DNA of 64,000 bases, taken from positions 96,001 to 160,000 of the forward strand of contig CAVTLK010000005.1 in the NCBI GenBank assembly GCA_963735595.1. The letters are read 5' to 3'. Of this stretch, positions 40,604-51,048 are shown piece after piece. Position 1 is the first letter of the stretch; the number at the start of each line of letters is the position of its first letter. The stretch is from an uncultured delta proteobacterium (GTDB lineage: Bacteria > Desulfobacterota > Zymogenia > Zymogenales > Zymogenaceae). Under the pieces are notes generated by a model, which worked only from the letters and a program-made list of their open reading frames with translations, made no database searches and was not told the origin of the DNA. A program made the position numbers and the translations under genes.

Positions 40604-42093
40604 GCTCGACTATGTTACCACAACAACGGGAAAAGAATAAGGGAGTCATCCTCGTGGTGGATGACGAGTTTTCCATACGCGAGATATTAAGCGACGTGTT
40701 GAGCAACGAAGGATTTACTATATACACGGCGGAAAACGGAATTGAAGCGCTCAAGATAATCCAGGAATTGGCCCCCGACCTGGTGATCACCGACATGAAG
40801 ATGCCGAAGATGGGCGGGATGGAACTCCTGTACCAGATCAATTCCATGAGGAACAGGGTCATTACGATTATGATGACCGGCTTTGCCACCGTCGAAACGG
40901 CGGTGGAGGCCATCAAAAAGGGCGCCTATGACTATATCATGAAGCCCTTCCAGTTCTCCGATCTTCTCCGGGTGATAGAACATGCCCTCGAAAAGCAGCA
41001 CCTCATCACAGAAAACCTGGAGCTTAGAGAAACGGTTGCGCTCTATGATATCAGCAAGGCCATCAGTTCCCACCTTGATATGGAGATCGTGCTCTCGATG
41101 CTGCTTTCCACACTCCTGAAGGAGGGAGATGCCGACGCCGTCTCAATGTATATAAAAGACATGATCCTTAAGATATCGATCATGAGCAAGACCGTCGCCA
41201 AAGAACCCCGATTTGAAAAGGCCGCCGTTACCCTCGTTTCTCCACACGATATGCTGGCAAAGCTTTCCGGTACCGATTCGCTCATGCTTTCCGGTAGTCA
41301 GGCGGCTCAGTTATTTCCTGCGAATGCAGGCTTTGACGATCTGGAGTCGCTCCTGGCGCTGCCGATTCGAATTAAGGGCGAGACGACGGGCTTTGTATCT
41401 CTATTCTCATTCACCCGGGGATATCGGTTCACCGAGGGCCGGAGGAAGGCGCTGTCCATCCTGGTGAGCAACGTTTCGGTGGCGGTGGAAAATGCCCGGC
41501 TCTATCAGGATATCGTTTCGATTCTTGATGATACCGTAAAGAGCTTCGCCAGAACCCTGGACGCAAAGGATAAATATGCCTCCGGTCATTCGGAGCGCGT
41601 CACCCGCTACGCACTGATTATCGCACGTTCATTAAAGCTTGACAGCGAAGACGTCGACCGGCTGGCCCAGGCGGGGCTCTTACACGATATTGGGAAGATC
41701 GGGGTCAGTGAGCGTTTGCTCAACAAGAAAGATAAGCTCGAGATCGATGAGTACGAGGAAACCAAACTGCACCCGGTTATCGGCAGAGACATCCTTTCCA
41801 CGATCGAGAGATTCCAGGATATTGCCGAGATTGTCTATCATCACCACGAATGGTTCGACGGTAACGGTTACCCGGAAGGGATTTCCGGAAACGCGATCCC
41901 TCTCTTGAGCCGGATCATCGCTGTGGCCGATGCCTTCGATGCGATGACCTCCAGGCGAACCTATCGTGAGCAAATCGGAAAGGAACGGGCGCTGGAGGAG
42001 CTACGCCGCAATGCCGGCACGCAATTTGATCCGGCGGTCGTGGAGGCGTTGCTCGCAGATATACAACAGCTTGACATTGAAGAGGCTCCCTAA
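40600..42093 (+). CDS. REC-GAF-HD-GYP response regulator (cyclic dinucleotide phosphodiesterase)
   Basis: REC with Asp (ITDMKMP), GAF-like middle ending VENARLY, HDIGKIG, HHEWFDGNGYP. Confidence 0.92.
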   Translation: MSSTMLPQQREKNKGVILVVDDEFSIREILSDVLSNEGFTIYTAENGIEALKIIQELAPDLVITDMKMPKMGGMELLYQINSMRNRVITIMMTGFATVETAVEAIKKGAYDYIMKPFQFSDLLRVIEHALEKQHLITENLELRETVALYDISKAISSHLDMEIVLSMLLSTLLKEGDADAVSMYIKDMILKISIMSKTVAKEPRFEKAAVTLVSPHDMLAKLSGTDSLMLSGSQAAQLFPANAGFDDLESLLALPIRIKGETTGFVSLFSFTRGYRFTEGRRKALSILVSNVSVAVENARLYQDIVSILDDTVKSFARTLDAKDKYASGHSERVTRYALIIARSLKLDSEDVDRLAQAGLLHDIGKIGVSERLLNKKDKLEIDEYEETKLHPVIGRDILSTIERFQDIAEIVYHHHEWFDGNGYPEGISGNAIPLLSRIIAVADAFDAMTSRRTYREQIGKERALEELRRNAGTQFDPAVVEALLADIQQLDIEEAP

Positions 42094-42099
42094 TATAAT
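42071..42099 (+). promoter_or_regulatory. Perfect-consensus sigma70 promoter upstream of pgpA-cinA-thpR-recA
   Basis: TTGACA-N17-TATAAT. Confidence 0.8.
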
Positions 42100-42595
42100 G
42101 ACCGGGCAATGGCAAGCTGTTAAAGATCGTCTCATCACGGTTTTCGCAACCGGGTTTGGTTTAGGGTATCTGCCGCTCGTCCCGGGAACGTTCGGGACGC
42201 TCGTCGGTATTCCGATTTGCCTGTTGTTGAGCCTCGGTGGATGGGTTATTTACGTTTCAGGGACGCTTGCGCTGATTGCGGCGGGTGTCTGGGTGGCGGG
42301 CCGGACCGATCGGATCTTTGGGACGCATGATTCCCGGAAGATCGTCATCGACGAAATATGCGGTTTCCTGGTCACTATGGCCTTGGTGATCCCGGGACCT
42401 CTCACGATCGGGATCGGTTTTGTCGCATTCAGGCTCTTTGACATCCTGAAGCCTTTTCCGGCGAGCTATTTCGATCGAAGCCTGTCGGGAGGATGGGGGG
42501 TGATGCTGGACGATATCGCCGCCGGCGTTTATGCCAACGTGACGCTTCACCTGTCTTTGGCAATCATCGGCCTCGTGTGGCCGGGGGTTTTGTGA
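42098..42595 (+). CDS. pgpA: Phosphatidylglycerophosphatase A
   Basis: ATGFGLGYLP..PGTFGT, IVIDE, FRLFDILKPFP, GVMLDD; start uncertain. Confidence 0.92.
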   Translation: MTGQWQAVKDRLITVFATGFGLGYLPLVPGTFGTLVGIPICLLLSLGGWVIYVSGTLALIAAGVWVAGRTDRIFGTHDSRKIVIDEICGFLVTMALVIPGPLTIGIGFVAFRLFDILKPFPASYFDRSLSGGWGVMLDDIAAGVYANVTLHLSLAIIGLVWPGVL

Positions 42596-43869
42596 AGGGC
42601 GAGATCATAACCATAGGAAACGAGCTGTTGTCGGGGCTTGTGGTCGATACCAATCGCTCCTATATCGCCGGACGTCTGATGACGGCCGGGGTTATGTCTT
42701 CCTTTATGACTACCGTCGGCGATGACGAGGACGCGATAGGCGATGCGGTCGGCCGGGCGGTTTCCCGCGCCGGCGTGGTCGTCATTACCGGCGGGTTGGG
42801 CCCCACGCCCGACGATATTACCTCCAAGTGTGTCGCAAAGGCGTTGGAACGGCGGCTCGTGCTTTCCCCCGAGGCCGAGCAGCAGATACGAGACCGGTAC
42901 AAGAAGCGCGGGATACCATTGCCGGCGGACGCCGGCCGGCAGGCCCTGATTCCGCAAGGCGCCCGGGTTATCGTAAACCCGGTCGGGACGGCCCCCGGAT
43001 ACTATCTGGTTATCGGGGAGCGGATCATCGTCGTCCTGCCCGGCGTCCCCGAAGAAATGCGGGTGATGGTCGATCAGGGTGTGTTGCCGATCCTCGAGAC
43101 CCAGCGGAATGCCGACTCCTTTATCGTCAGGAGGATTCTCAGGATATTCGGGCTGACCGAATCGCAGGTCAACGAACGCGTCAGGGAGGTGCCGTACGAC
43201 AGCCGGCGGATAGCCATCGGTTTCCTGCCGGTATTTCCTGAAAACCACCTGACCATCACGGCATGCTCGTCGGTCTCGCGGCAAGAGGCCGAAGAGATCG
43301 GCGACAAGACGGCGCGGGCCATGCGGGCGGTTCTTGGCGACCGGGTCTTCGGCCAGGACGACCAGACTCTTGAGGCGGTGGTCGGGGGAATGCTCATTAA
43401 CCGGGGATGCACCGTGGCCGCAGCGGAATCGTGCACCGGCGGGCTACTTTCCCAGCGGCTTACCGCTATACCGGGCAGCTCTTCGTATTTCCTGCGCGGC
43501 GTGGTGACATATAGCAACGATTCAAAGGCGGATCTCCTGGGAGTCGACCCCGCGCTGATCAGCGAATTCGGCGCGGTAAGCGATACCGTAGCCTCGGCCA
43601 TGGCCCGGGGAATTAAGGAGTCTTCGTCGGCCGACCTGGGCATCTCGATTACCGGGATCGCGGGGCCGTCGGGGGGCACGCGGGAAAAACCGGTCGGAAC
43701 GGTTTTTATCGGGATGGCCTTTGATGACGAGGGGGCGCTCTCGGTCCGCTCGCACGGCTACCGCTTTAACGGGGACCGCGCCAGGATCAGGCTCATTGCC
43801 TCGGAAATGGCGCTCGAGTGGATCAGAAGATATCTCATCCGGGGACCGTCCACGAACGGAGAAATGTAG
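42592..43869 (+). CDS. cinA: Competence/damage-inducible protein A (MoCF-like domain plus NMN deamidase)
   Basis: IGNELLSG..DTN, GGLGPTPDDIT, AESCTGG, GAVS, TGIAGPSGG. Confidence 0.95.
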   Translation: MKGEIITIGNELLSGLVVDTNRSYIAGRLMTAGVMSSFMTTVGDDEDAIGDAVGRAVSRAGVVVITGGLGPTPDDITSKCVAKALERRLVLSPEAEQQIRDRYKKRGIPLPADAGRQALIPQGARVIVNPVGTAPGYYLVIGERIIVVLPGVPEEMRVMVDQGVLPILETQRNADSFIVRRILRIFGLTESQVNERVREVPYDSRRIAIGFLPVFPENHLTITACSSVSRQEAEEIGDKTARAMRAVLGDRVFGQDDQTLEAVVGGMLINRGCTVAAAESCTGGLLSQRLTAIPGSSSYFLRGVVTYSNDSKADLLGVDPALISEFGAVSDTVASAMARGIKESSSADLGISITGIAGPSGGTREKPVGTVFIGMAFDDEGALSVRSHGYRFNGDRARIRLIASEMALEWIRRYLIRGPSTNGEM

Positions 43870-43876
43870 GATTACC

Positions 43877-44440
43877 GTGTCTGATCTCAGGCTTTTTATT
43901 GCCGCCCGCCCCCCCGTTGCGGTGCTTCGGGGGATTATCGACCTCTCGGGGTCGCTCGGTTTCAGGGGCGACGGGGTCAGGTGGCTCAAGGGCGACGGGA
44001 TTCACCTGACGCTCAAGTTTCTCGGGAATGCGGACGAGGAGAAAGTGGGGGCAATCGGCCAGGCCGTTTCGAAGTGCGCCCGTGGTGTGGGAGAGATCAG
44101 GCTTGCCGTCGGGGGCGTCGGCGTGTTTCCCGATATGAAACGGGCGCGGGTCATCTGGGTGGGGCTGACGGGCGATATCGCCCGGCTCGAGTCGGTAAGA
44201 AACGCCCTCGAGGAGGGGTGTTTTGCCCTCGGGTTCGATAAGGAGGGGCGCGCCTTTCGCCCGCACCTGACGATTGCCCGGGTAAAGGACCGGCTCTCGT
44301 TTGATACGATTAAGAGAATAGAACAGTCCAGGGATATTATGTTGGGGGATATGGTCGTGGATGCGATCGAGCTCATCAAAAGCGATCTCTCACCGTCGGG
44401 GGCCGCCTATACTACCCTTTCCCACTTTCCGTTAACTTAG
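43877..44440 (+). CDS. thpR: RNA 2',3'-cyclic phosphodiesterase
   Basis: RLFIA, two HxT motifs ([17 protein letters not shown]). Confidence 0.92.
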   Translation: MSDLRLFIAARPPVAVLRGIIDLSGSLGFRGDGVRWLKGDGIHLTLKFLGNADEEKVGAIGQAVSKCARGVGEIRLAVGGVGVFPDMKRARVIWVGLTGDIARLESVRNALEEGCFALGFDKEGRAFRPHLTIARVKDRLSFDTIKRIEQSRDIMLGDMVVDAIELIKSDLSPSGAAYTTLSHFPLT

Positions 44441-44457
44441 CGCCGCGGGGGTATTTG

Positions 44458-45480
44458 ATGACTGGTGATGAGAATAAAGAGAAATCATTGAGCCTTGCCC
44501 TTTCGCAAATAGAGAAGCAGTTCGGCAAGGGTTCGATCATGAAACTCGGCGACGATGTGGCCATCCCCGAAATTGCCGTGATCCCCACCGGTTCGTTGGG
44601 CCTGGATCTGGCCCTCGGTGTGGGGGGGATCCCCCGCGGCAGGGTCATTGAGATCTACGGTCCCGAGGCATCGGGGAAGACTACCCTGGCGCTGCACATT
44701 ATCGCGGAGGCCCAGCGCCTGGGCGGAGTGGCGGCGTTTATCGACGCCGAGCACGCGCTGGACATCAACTATGCCGGCAACCTCGGCATAAAGACGCAGG
44801 AGCTCCTGATCTCCCAGCCCGATACCGGAGAGCAGGCGCTCGAGATCACCGATATCCTGGTGCGCAGCGGCGCCGTGGATGTCCTGGTTGTCGACTCGGT
44901 GGCGGCGCTCGTCCCCCGGGCGGAGATCGAGGGGGAAATGGGGGACTCTCACATGGGCCTTCAGGCCCGCCTGATGTCTCAGGCGATGCGTAAACTCACC
45001 GGGTCAATCTCCAAGTCCAAGACGGCCGTGATTTTCATCAACCAGATCAGGATGAAAATAGGGGTGATTTTCGGCAATCCCGAGACGACGACCGGCGGCA
45101 ATGCCCTGAAGTTCTATTCGAGCGTCAGGCTCGATATCCGCAGGACTGCCGCGCTCAAGGAAGGCCAGGACGTCGTCGGAAACCGCACAAAGGTAAAGGT
45201 CGTGAAAAACAAGATCGCCCCTCCCTTCAAGGAAGTGGAGTTTGATATCATATACGGCCTGGGGATCTCCAAGGAAGGGGAGCTTGTAGACATGGCCTCC
45301 GACGACGGGATAATTGAGAAGAGCGGCACCTGGTACTCGTACGGCGAAGAGCGAATCGGCCAGGGAAGGGAGAACGCCAAGAGGTTCCTCCTTGAGAATC
45401 CGGATACCTGCGCCCAGATCAGAACCAAGGTCATGGAAAAGCACGGATTTATCAGGAATCCACAGAAGGATCCGTCATAA
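44458..45480 (+). CDS. recA: Recombinase RecA
   Basis: [24 protein letters not shown]. Confidence 0.99.
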   Translation: MTGDENKEKSLSLALSQIEKQFGKGSIMKLGDDVAIPEIAVIPTGSLGLDLALGVGGIPRGRVIEIYGPEASGKTTLALHIIAEAQRLGGVAAFIDAEHALDINYAGNLGIKTQELLISQPDTGEQALEITDILVRSGAVDVLVVDSVAALVPRAEIEGEMGDSHMGLQARLMSQAMRKLTGSISKSKTAVIFINQIRMKIGVIFGNPETTTGGNALKFYSSVRLDIRRTAALKEGQDVVGNRTKVKVVKNKIAPPFKEVEFDIIYGLGISKEGELVDMASDDGIIEKSGTWYSYGEERIGQGRENAKRFLLENPDTCAQIRTKVMEKHGFIRNPQKDPS

Positions 45481-45490
45481 GAGGTACGCG

Positions 45491-46657
45491 ATGGACATCA
45501 ACGAAGTATTGAAGATTGCGGTCAAGCAGGGGGCGTCCGATATCCACCTCAAGGTGGGGCTCCCTCCGGTCTTTCGGATCGATGGATCGCTATATCCCCT
45601 CAAGAACGCGCCGCGGCTTACTCCCGACGAAATCGCGAAAATCGCCGAGGGGATCATGAATAAGAAGCAGAATGAGCGGTTTCGCGAAATCAACGAGGTC
45701 GACCTTGCCTACGGCGTTCCCGGTCTGGGCAGGTTTCGCGTGAACGTATTTCAGCAGCGGGGGACGATGGGGGTGGTGCTGCGCTCGATCCCGGTCAAGA
45801 TAAAATCGATTCCGGAGCTCAACCTGCCGACGGTCCTCGAAAAGGTCGCCTCGGAGCCGCGGGGTCTTATTCTCGTGACCGGGACGACCGGTTCCGGTAA
45901 GTCGACCACCCTGGCCTCCATGATCGACCACGTCAACTCGAACCGGACCTGCCACATCATCACGATCGAGGACCCGATCGAGTTTCTCCACCGGGACAAA
46001 AAAAGCATCATCAACCAGCGGGAGATCGGGTTTGACACCGGGAGCTTTGCCGTGGCGCTCAAGAGCGCCCTGCGGCAGGACCCGGACGTTATCCTCGTGG
46101 GCGAGATGCGGGATTTCGAGACCATCGAGACGGCGCTCACCGCCGCCGAGACCGGCCACCTGGTCCTGAGCACCCTGCACACCGTTGACGCCACCGAGAC
46201 GATCACCCGGATTATCTCCGTGTTTCCCCCCTATCAGCAGCAGCAGATCCGGTTCCAGCTGGCCGGTATCCTCAAGGGCGTCATCTCCCAGCGGCTTGTC
46301 CCCCGGGCGGACGGCAAGGGCCGGGTGCCCGCGGTAGAGGTGCTGATCTCGACCGCCATGATCCGGGAGTGCATCTCCGACAAGGACAAGACCAAGGAGA
46401 TCCACGACGCCATTGCCAAGGGCTTTACCGTCCACGGGATGCAGACCTTTGACCAGTCGCTCATGTTTCTGTATCGGCGCGCCCTCATCACCTACGACGA
46501 AGCGCTCAGGCAGAGCAGCAACCCCGACGACTTCGCGCTCAGGGTCAAGGGGATATCCTCCACGAGCGACAGTACCTGGGACGCCTTTGACAAGGGGCCG
46601 GAGGCAGAGCCCGACGAAGCCGCTCCGGATGAAGAGCTTAATATCGAGAGGTTCTAA
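45491..46657 (+). CDS. pilT: Type IV pilus retraction ATPase PilT/PilU family
   Basis: ASDIHL, GTTGSGKST, TIEDPIE, LRQDPDVILVGEMRD, TGHLVLSTLH, GMQTFDQ. Confidence 0.93.
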   Translation: MDINEVLKIAVKQGASDIHLKVGLPPVFRIDGSLYPLKNAPRLTPDEIAKIAEGIMNKKQNERFREINEVDLAYGVPGLGRFRVNVFQQRGTMGVVLRSIPVKIKSIPELNLPTVLEKVASEPRGLILVTGTTGSGKSTTLASMIDHVNSNRTCHIITIEDPIEFLHRDKKSIINQREIGFDTGSFAVALKSALRQDPDVILVGEMRDFETIETALTAAETGHLVLSTLHTVDATETITRIISVFPPYQQQQIRFQLAGILKGVISQRLVPRADGKGRVPAVEVLISTAMIRECISDKDKTKEIHDAIAKGFTVHGMQTFDQSLMFLYRRALITYDEALRQSSNPDDFALRVKGISSTSDSTWDAFDKGPEAEPDEAAPDEELNIERF

Positions 46658-47134
46658 GTGGCCGCCAGGAGCGAGGAGGCAACTCACGCCTCGGCGATGA
46701 GAATTATCTCGATTCGCCCCCACAGCGCTTTTGAGCTAAGGCGAAAGCTCCTTGCAAAGGGGGCGGATAGAGCGACGGCCGACCGGGTCGTCGACCGCCT
46801 TGCCGGCGTTGACCTGATAAACGACGGCAGGTTCGCCCGCGACTATATCGAATTCGCTTTTCTGAGGAAATCGTGGGGCGTGCGCAAAGTCCGGGCCGGC
46901 CTGATGGAGCGGGGGATAGACCGGGCGGTCATCGAGGATACACTCGGCTCTCCGGACGCGGCCGAGATGGAACGGGAGGGGGCGCGCCGGTTTGTGGACA
47001 AACAGGTCAGGGGTGGCGACCTCTCCGCGGAGCATATACGAAAGATATCCGGCAAGCTTGTCGCCCGCGGGTTTGGATGGGACGTCGTCTCGCGGGTGAT
47101 CAAGGATATCGGGCAATCCATCGAGGAGCCGTGA
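46658..47134 (+). CDS. recX: Regulatory protein RecX
   Basis: HSAFELRRKL, INDGRFA, G..KVRAGLMERGID, LVARGF. Confidence 0.85.
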   Translation: MAARSEEATHASAMRIISIRPHSAFELRRKLLAKGADRATADRVVDRLAGVDLINDGRFARDYIEFAFLRKSWGVRKVRAGLMERGIDRAVIEDTLGSPDAAEMEREGARRFVDKQVRGGDLSAEHIRKISGKLVARGFGWDVVSRVIKDIGQSIEEP

Positions 47135-47259
47135 GTCAGCCGATGGGGAGCCTTCGCGGATACCGCGGGCACATAGTGCGTATTTACCGGGGTCTTGTGA
47201 CCCCGCTGTCATACTGATTGTTCCGTTGAGCCGTTAATTGGGTTAAATAGGAATCTGCC

Positions 47260-49890
47260 ATGAAAGGGAGCGAAATTCGCGAAAAGTTCCTCAGCTACTT
47301 CGAATCGAAGGGCCACCGCCGGGTGCGCTCGTCTTCCCTCGTGCCCCAGTCGGACCCCACGCTGCTGTTTACCAACGCCGGCATGGTCCAGTTCAAGAAC
47401 GTCTTTACCGGCGACGAAAAACGCGAATACAAGCGCGCCGCCACGTCCCAGAAATGCCTCCGGGTCAGCGGCAAGCACAACGACCTGGAAAACGTCGGGG
47501 TTACGGCGCGCCACCATACCTTCTTCGAGATGCTCGGCAATTTCTCGTTCGGGGACTATTTCAAGAAGGACGCGATCATCTTCGGGTGGGAATTCCTCAC
47601 CAAAGACATGGGACTGCCCAAAGATAAGCTCTGGGCGACGATCTATACCGATGACGATGAGGCGCACGGCCTCTGGAAGGACGTGATCCATGTGCCGGCA
47701 GACCGGATCGTCCGCCTGGGCGAGAAGGACAACTTCTGGGCGATGGGCGAGACCGGGCCCTGCGGGCCCTGCTCGGAGATCATCATCGACCAGGGCAAAG
47801 ACATGGCCTGCGGGCCGAACTGCGGAATCGGGACGTGCGATTGCGACCGGTTCCTGGAGCTCTGGAACCTCGTTTTCATGCAGTTCGTCCGGGACGCATC
47901 GGGGCAGATGTCGCCTCTCCCCCGCCCCTCCATCGATACGGGGATGGGTCTGGAGAGGATCGCGGCCGTCGTCCAGGGGAAACGCAGCAACTACGATTCC
48001 GACCTGTTTCGCCCCATCATCGAGGCAATCGGGCAGATCGCGTCAAACGGGTACGGCACCGACCATAAGAAGGATACCTCCATGCGGGCGGTGGCCGACC
48101 ATGCCCGATCGGCGGCGTTCCTGATTGCCGACGGGGTAATGCCGGCAAACGACGGCAGGGGCTACGTCCTGCGCCGGATCATGCGCCGGGCGCTGAGGCA
48201 CGGTAAGCTTCCTGGGCGTGACGGACCCGTTCCTGTTTAAGGTCGCAGACGTCGTCGTGGACGAGATGGCTCCCGTCTACCCGGAGCTCTCGGAGCACCG
48301 GATGTTTATCGCCTCGGTGGTCAAGGCCGAGGAAGAAAAATTCATCGAGACCCTCGACAAGGGGCTGGTGCTCCTTTCCGAGGAGGTTGCATCAACAAAG
48401 AAGCGGGCGGCGGCGTCCTCTCCGGCGAGGTGGCCTTCAAGCTCTATGATACCTTCGGGTTCCCGCTTGATTTGACGCAGGACATCATCAAGGACGAGGG
48501 AATCGGGGTGGATATCGCAGGCTTCGAGGCGGCGATGGGCGTGCAGCGGGAAAAAAGCAAGGCCGCGTGGAAGGGATCGGGCGATGAACAGGTGGCCGGG
48601 GTCTACCTGAAGCTGGCCGCCGACGGGATATCGTCCGAATTTATCGGCTACGAGTCGACGAGCGCACAGTCGAAGGTTACGGCCGTCGTCTCGGCGGCGC
48701 GGCGGTGAAAGCCGGTTCGCCCGGCGATGAGGTCGAGATCGTGACCGAGAAGACCCCGTTTTACGGAGAGATGGGGGGCCAGGTGGGAGACACCGGCACG
48801 ATAACGGCCGACGGCCTGCTCGTCGAGGTTACCGACTCCGCACGGCCGTCCGACCACATCATCGCCCACCGGGGGGTGATAAAAAAGGGCAAGATCGCCG
48901 TCGGTGATTCCGTGACACTTACCGTCAACGACGGGCCGCGCCGGATGACCGAGGCAAACCACAGCGCCACCCACCTGCTTCACGCGGCGCTCAAGGCGGT
49001 CCTGGGCGAGCACGTCAAGCAGGCCGGGTCTCTCGTCAGCCCGGAGCGGCTGCGGTTTGACTACAGCCATTTCGGGCAGGTCAAGAAGGGCGAGCTGGAG
49101 CGGGTCGAGGATATCGTCAACGAGCGTATCCGGGAGGACCACGAGGTCGTGGCGCGGGAACTGGCCGTACGACGCGGCCATCGCCGAGGGCGCCACGGCG
49201 CTCTTCGGCGAAAAATACGGCGACGTGGTCAGGATGGTCAAGGTACCGGGCGTTTCGATGGAGCTCTGCGGAGGGACGCATACCGACAGGACCGGCAAGA
49301 TCGGCGTCTTCAAAATCGTCCACGAGGGCTCGATCGCCTCGGGCGTCCGCCGTATCGAGGCGGTGACCGGGGTCGGCGCGCTGGCGCATCTCAGGCGCGA
49401 GGAACAGATCCTTTCCGACATCGCGGAGGTGCTCAAGAGCACGCCGGAGGAGGCGCCGGCCAGGGTCGAGAAGCTCGCCGCTCAGGTCAAGGCGCTGACC
49501 AGGGAGATCGAGCGGATCAAGAGCGGGGGGGGGGTCGTCTCGGTGGAGAGCGTCGTCAAGGGCGCAAAAGAGAAGGCGGGGATTTTTGTCGTCTCCGAGG
49601 TCATCCCGGACATGGACCCCAAGTCGCTGAGGGACTTTTCGGACAAGGTCAGGGACCGGATGAACAAGGCCGTCATCGCCCTGGGGTCGGTCTCCGAAGA
49701 CAAGGCGGTGCTCCTGGTGACCGTCACCAAAGATATCGCCGATAAATACCACGCCGGCAACATCATCCGGGGTATGGCCGAGGTCGTGGGCGGCAAGGGC
49801 GGCGGCAGGCCCGACTTTGCCCAGGCGGGGGGGCCGGACGCGGGGAAGATCGACGCGGCGGTCCAGAAGGTATTTGAGTACGTGAAGTAG
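47260..49890 (+). CDS. alaS: Alanine--tRNA ligase (about four frameshifts: ~48210, ~48410, ~48700, ~49165)
   Basis: [64 protein letters not shown]. Confidence 0.96.
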
Positions 49891-49931
49891 GACGGGTGCC
49901 TCTTTAGCGGCACCTGCAGAAGGATACGGGC

Positions 49932-50393
49932 GTGAAAAAGGTCAATCTCGCGGAAAAATTCGCCCTCTTTTCCGATCTCTGGAGCCCCAGGGTGGTCGGC
50001 GAGATCGGGGACTACCACCTGAAGCTTGCCAAGCTCAAGGGCGAGTTTCTGTGGCACAGGCACGATGCCGAGGACGAGATGTTCCTGGTCGTTACGGGGA
50101 GGCTCGTCATAAAACTCCGCGATTCCGATATCGAGCTCTTGCCCGGGGAGTTTTTGATTATCCCGCGCGGCGTGGAGCATATGCCGGTCGCCGACGAAGA
50201 GGCGCACGTGGTACTGTTCGAGCCGAAGACGACGGTCAATACGGGCGACGTGGCAAGCGAGCGGACGAAGACAGAAGTGGAGTGGATTCTCGCCACAATC
50301 CTCCTGATATTCACTAACTCCTCAAAACCACGATATCTAACTCCTCAACACCTATCATCCCAAAAAGCCATAGATCAAAGCGGCAAAAGATAA
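49932..50393 (+). CDS. Cupin domain protein; true end probably near 50290
   Basis: WSPRVV, GEFLWHRH..EDEMF, IPRGVEHMP, FEP. Confidence 0.85.
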   Translation: MKKVNLAEKFALFSDLWSPRVVGEIGDYHLKLAKLKGEFLWHRHDAEDEMFLVVTGRLVIKLRDSDIELLPGEFLIIPRGVEHMPVADEEAHVVLFEPKTTVNTGDVASERTKTEVEWILATILLIFTNSSKPRYLTPQHLSSQKAIDQSGKR

Positions 50394-51010
50394 TGAAACA
50401 AGTACTACCATCACCCCCAAACACCCCTTCTTCGGCTCGATGACGGTTCGGCCCGATGAGCCGGGCGAAATGAGTATCGGCCCGTCGGTATCGGGCACCG
50501 ACGGTTTGCCGATTCCATCTCGATATTCTTGTTCACGTTGAAGCTGAACGTCTTGGTCTTGACGACGACCGGGGCTTCGGGCGTATCGAGCGTCCCGTTC
50601 CCGGTCACGTCTCCCAGCCGCTCCACGACACTCTGAGCCCGGTGAATCTTGTCCCTGTCAATAGGGATCTCCTTTCCGCAGTTCTGGCAGAAGACCTTGT
50701 CCCCCTCACCAAGTTGTGCAAGGCTCCGTGAAACGGTCGAGAGCGTGTTACAGTGGGGACATTGCAGGGCGACAGTGCTTCGGGTTACGGTCGTTATCCC
50801 CGTCGGCATGTCGGGCGCGCCGGGGACCCCGAGCCGCTGGAGGATCTCTTCTACGTTCTTGAAAGCCTCGCTGTCGACGGGGATATCGCTGCCGCACTTT
50901 TCGCAGGTCAGCCTACGCCCTTGGGCCAGGTCCTTGATGGCCAGATGGGGTTTGGTGGTGTGCCCGCAGGAGGGGCAGGTAAAGGATATCGTTTCCCTGG
51001 TGATATTCAT
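50355..51010 (-). CDS. Double zinc-ribbon protein with C-terminal TM helix (frameshift near 50450-50500)
   Basis: CPSC..CEKC and CPHC..CQNC; alternate frame gives KKGCLGVMVVLVSLSFAALIYGFLG* ending at 50355. Confidence 0.6.
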
Positions 51011-51048
51011 TTATTTTTCCTTCCTCGGTGTATAACCTAAACGGGGGC

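Noticed and set aside
50305..50350. CRISPR-like direct repeats (CTAACTCCTCAA twice)
   Set aside because: Only two 12-bp copies with a short spacer; no cas genes
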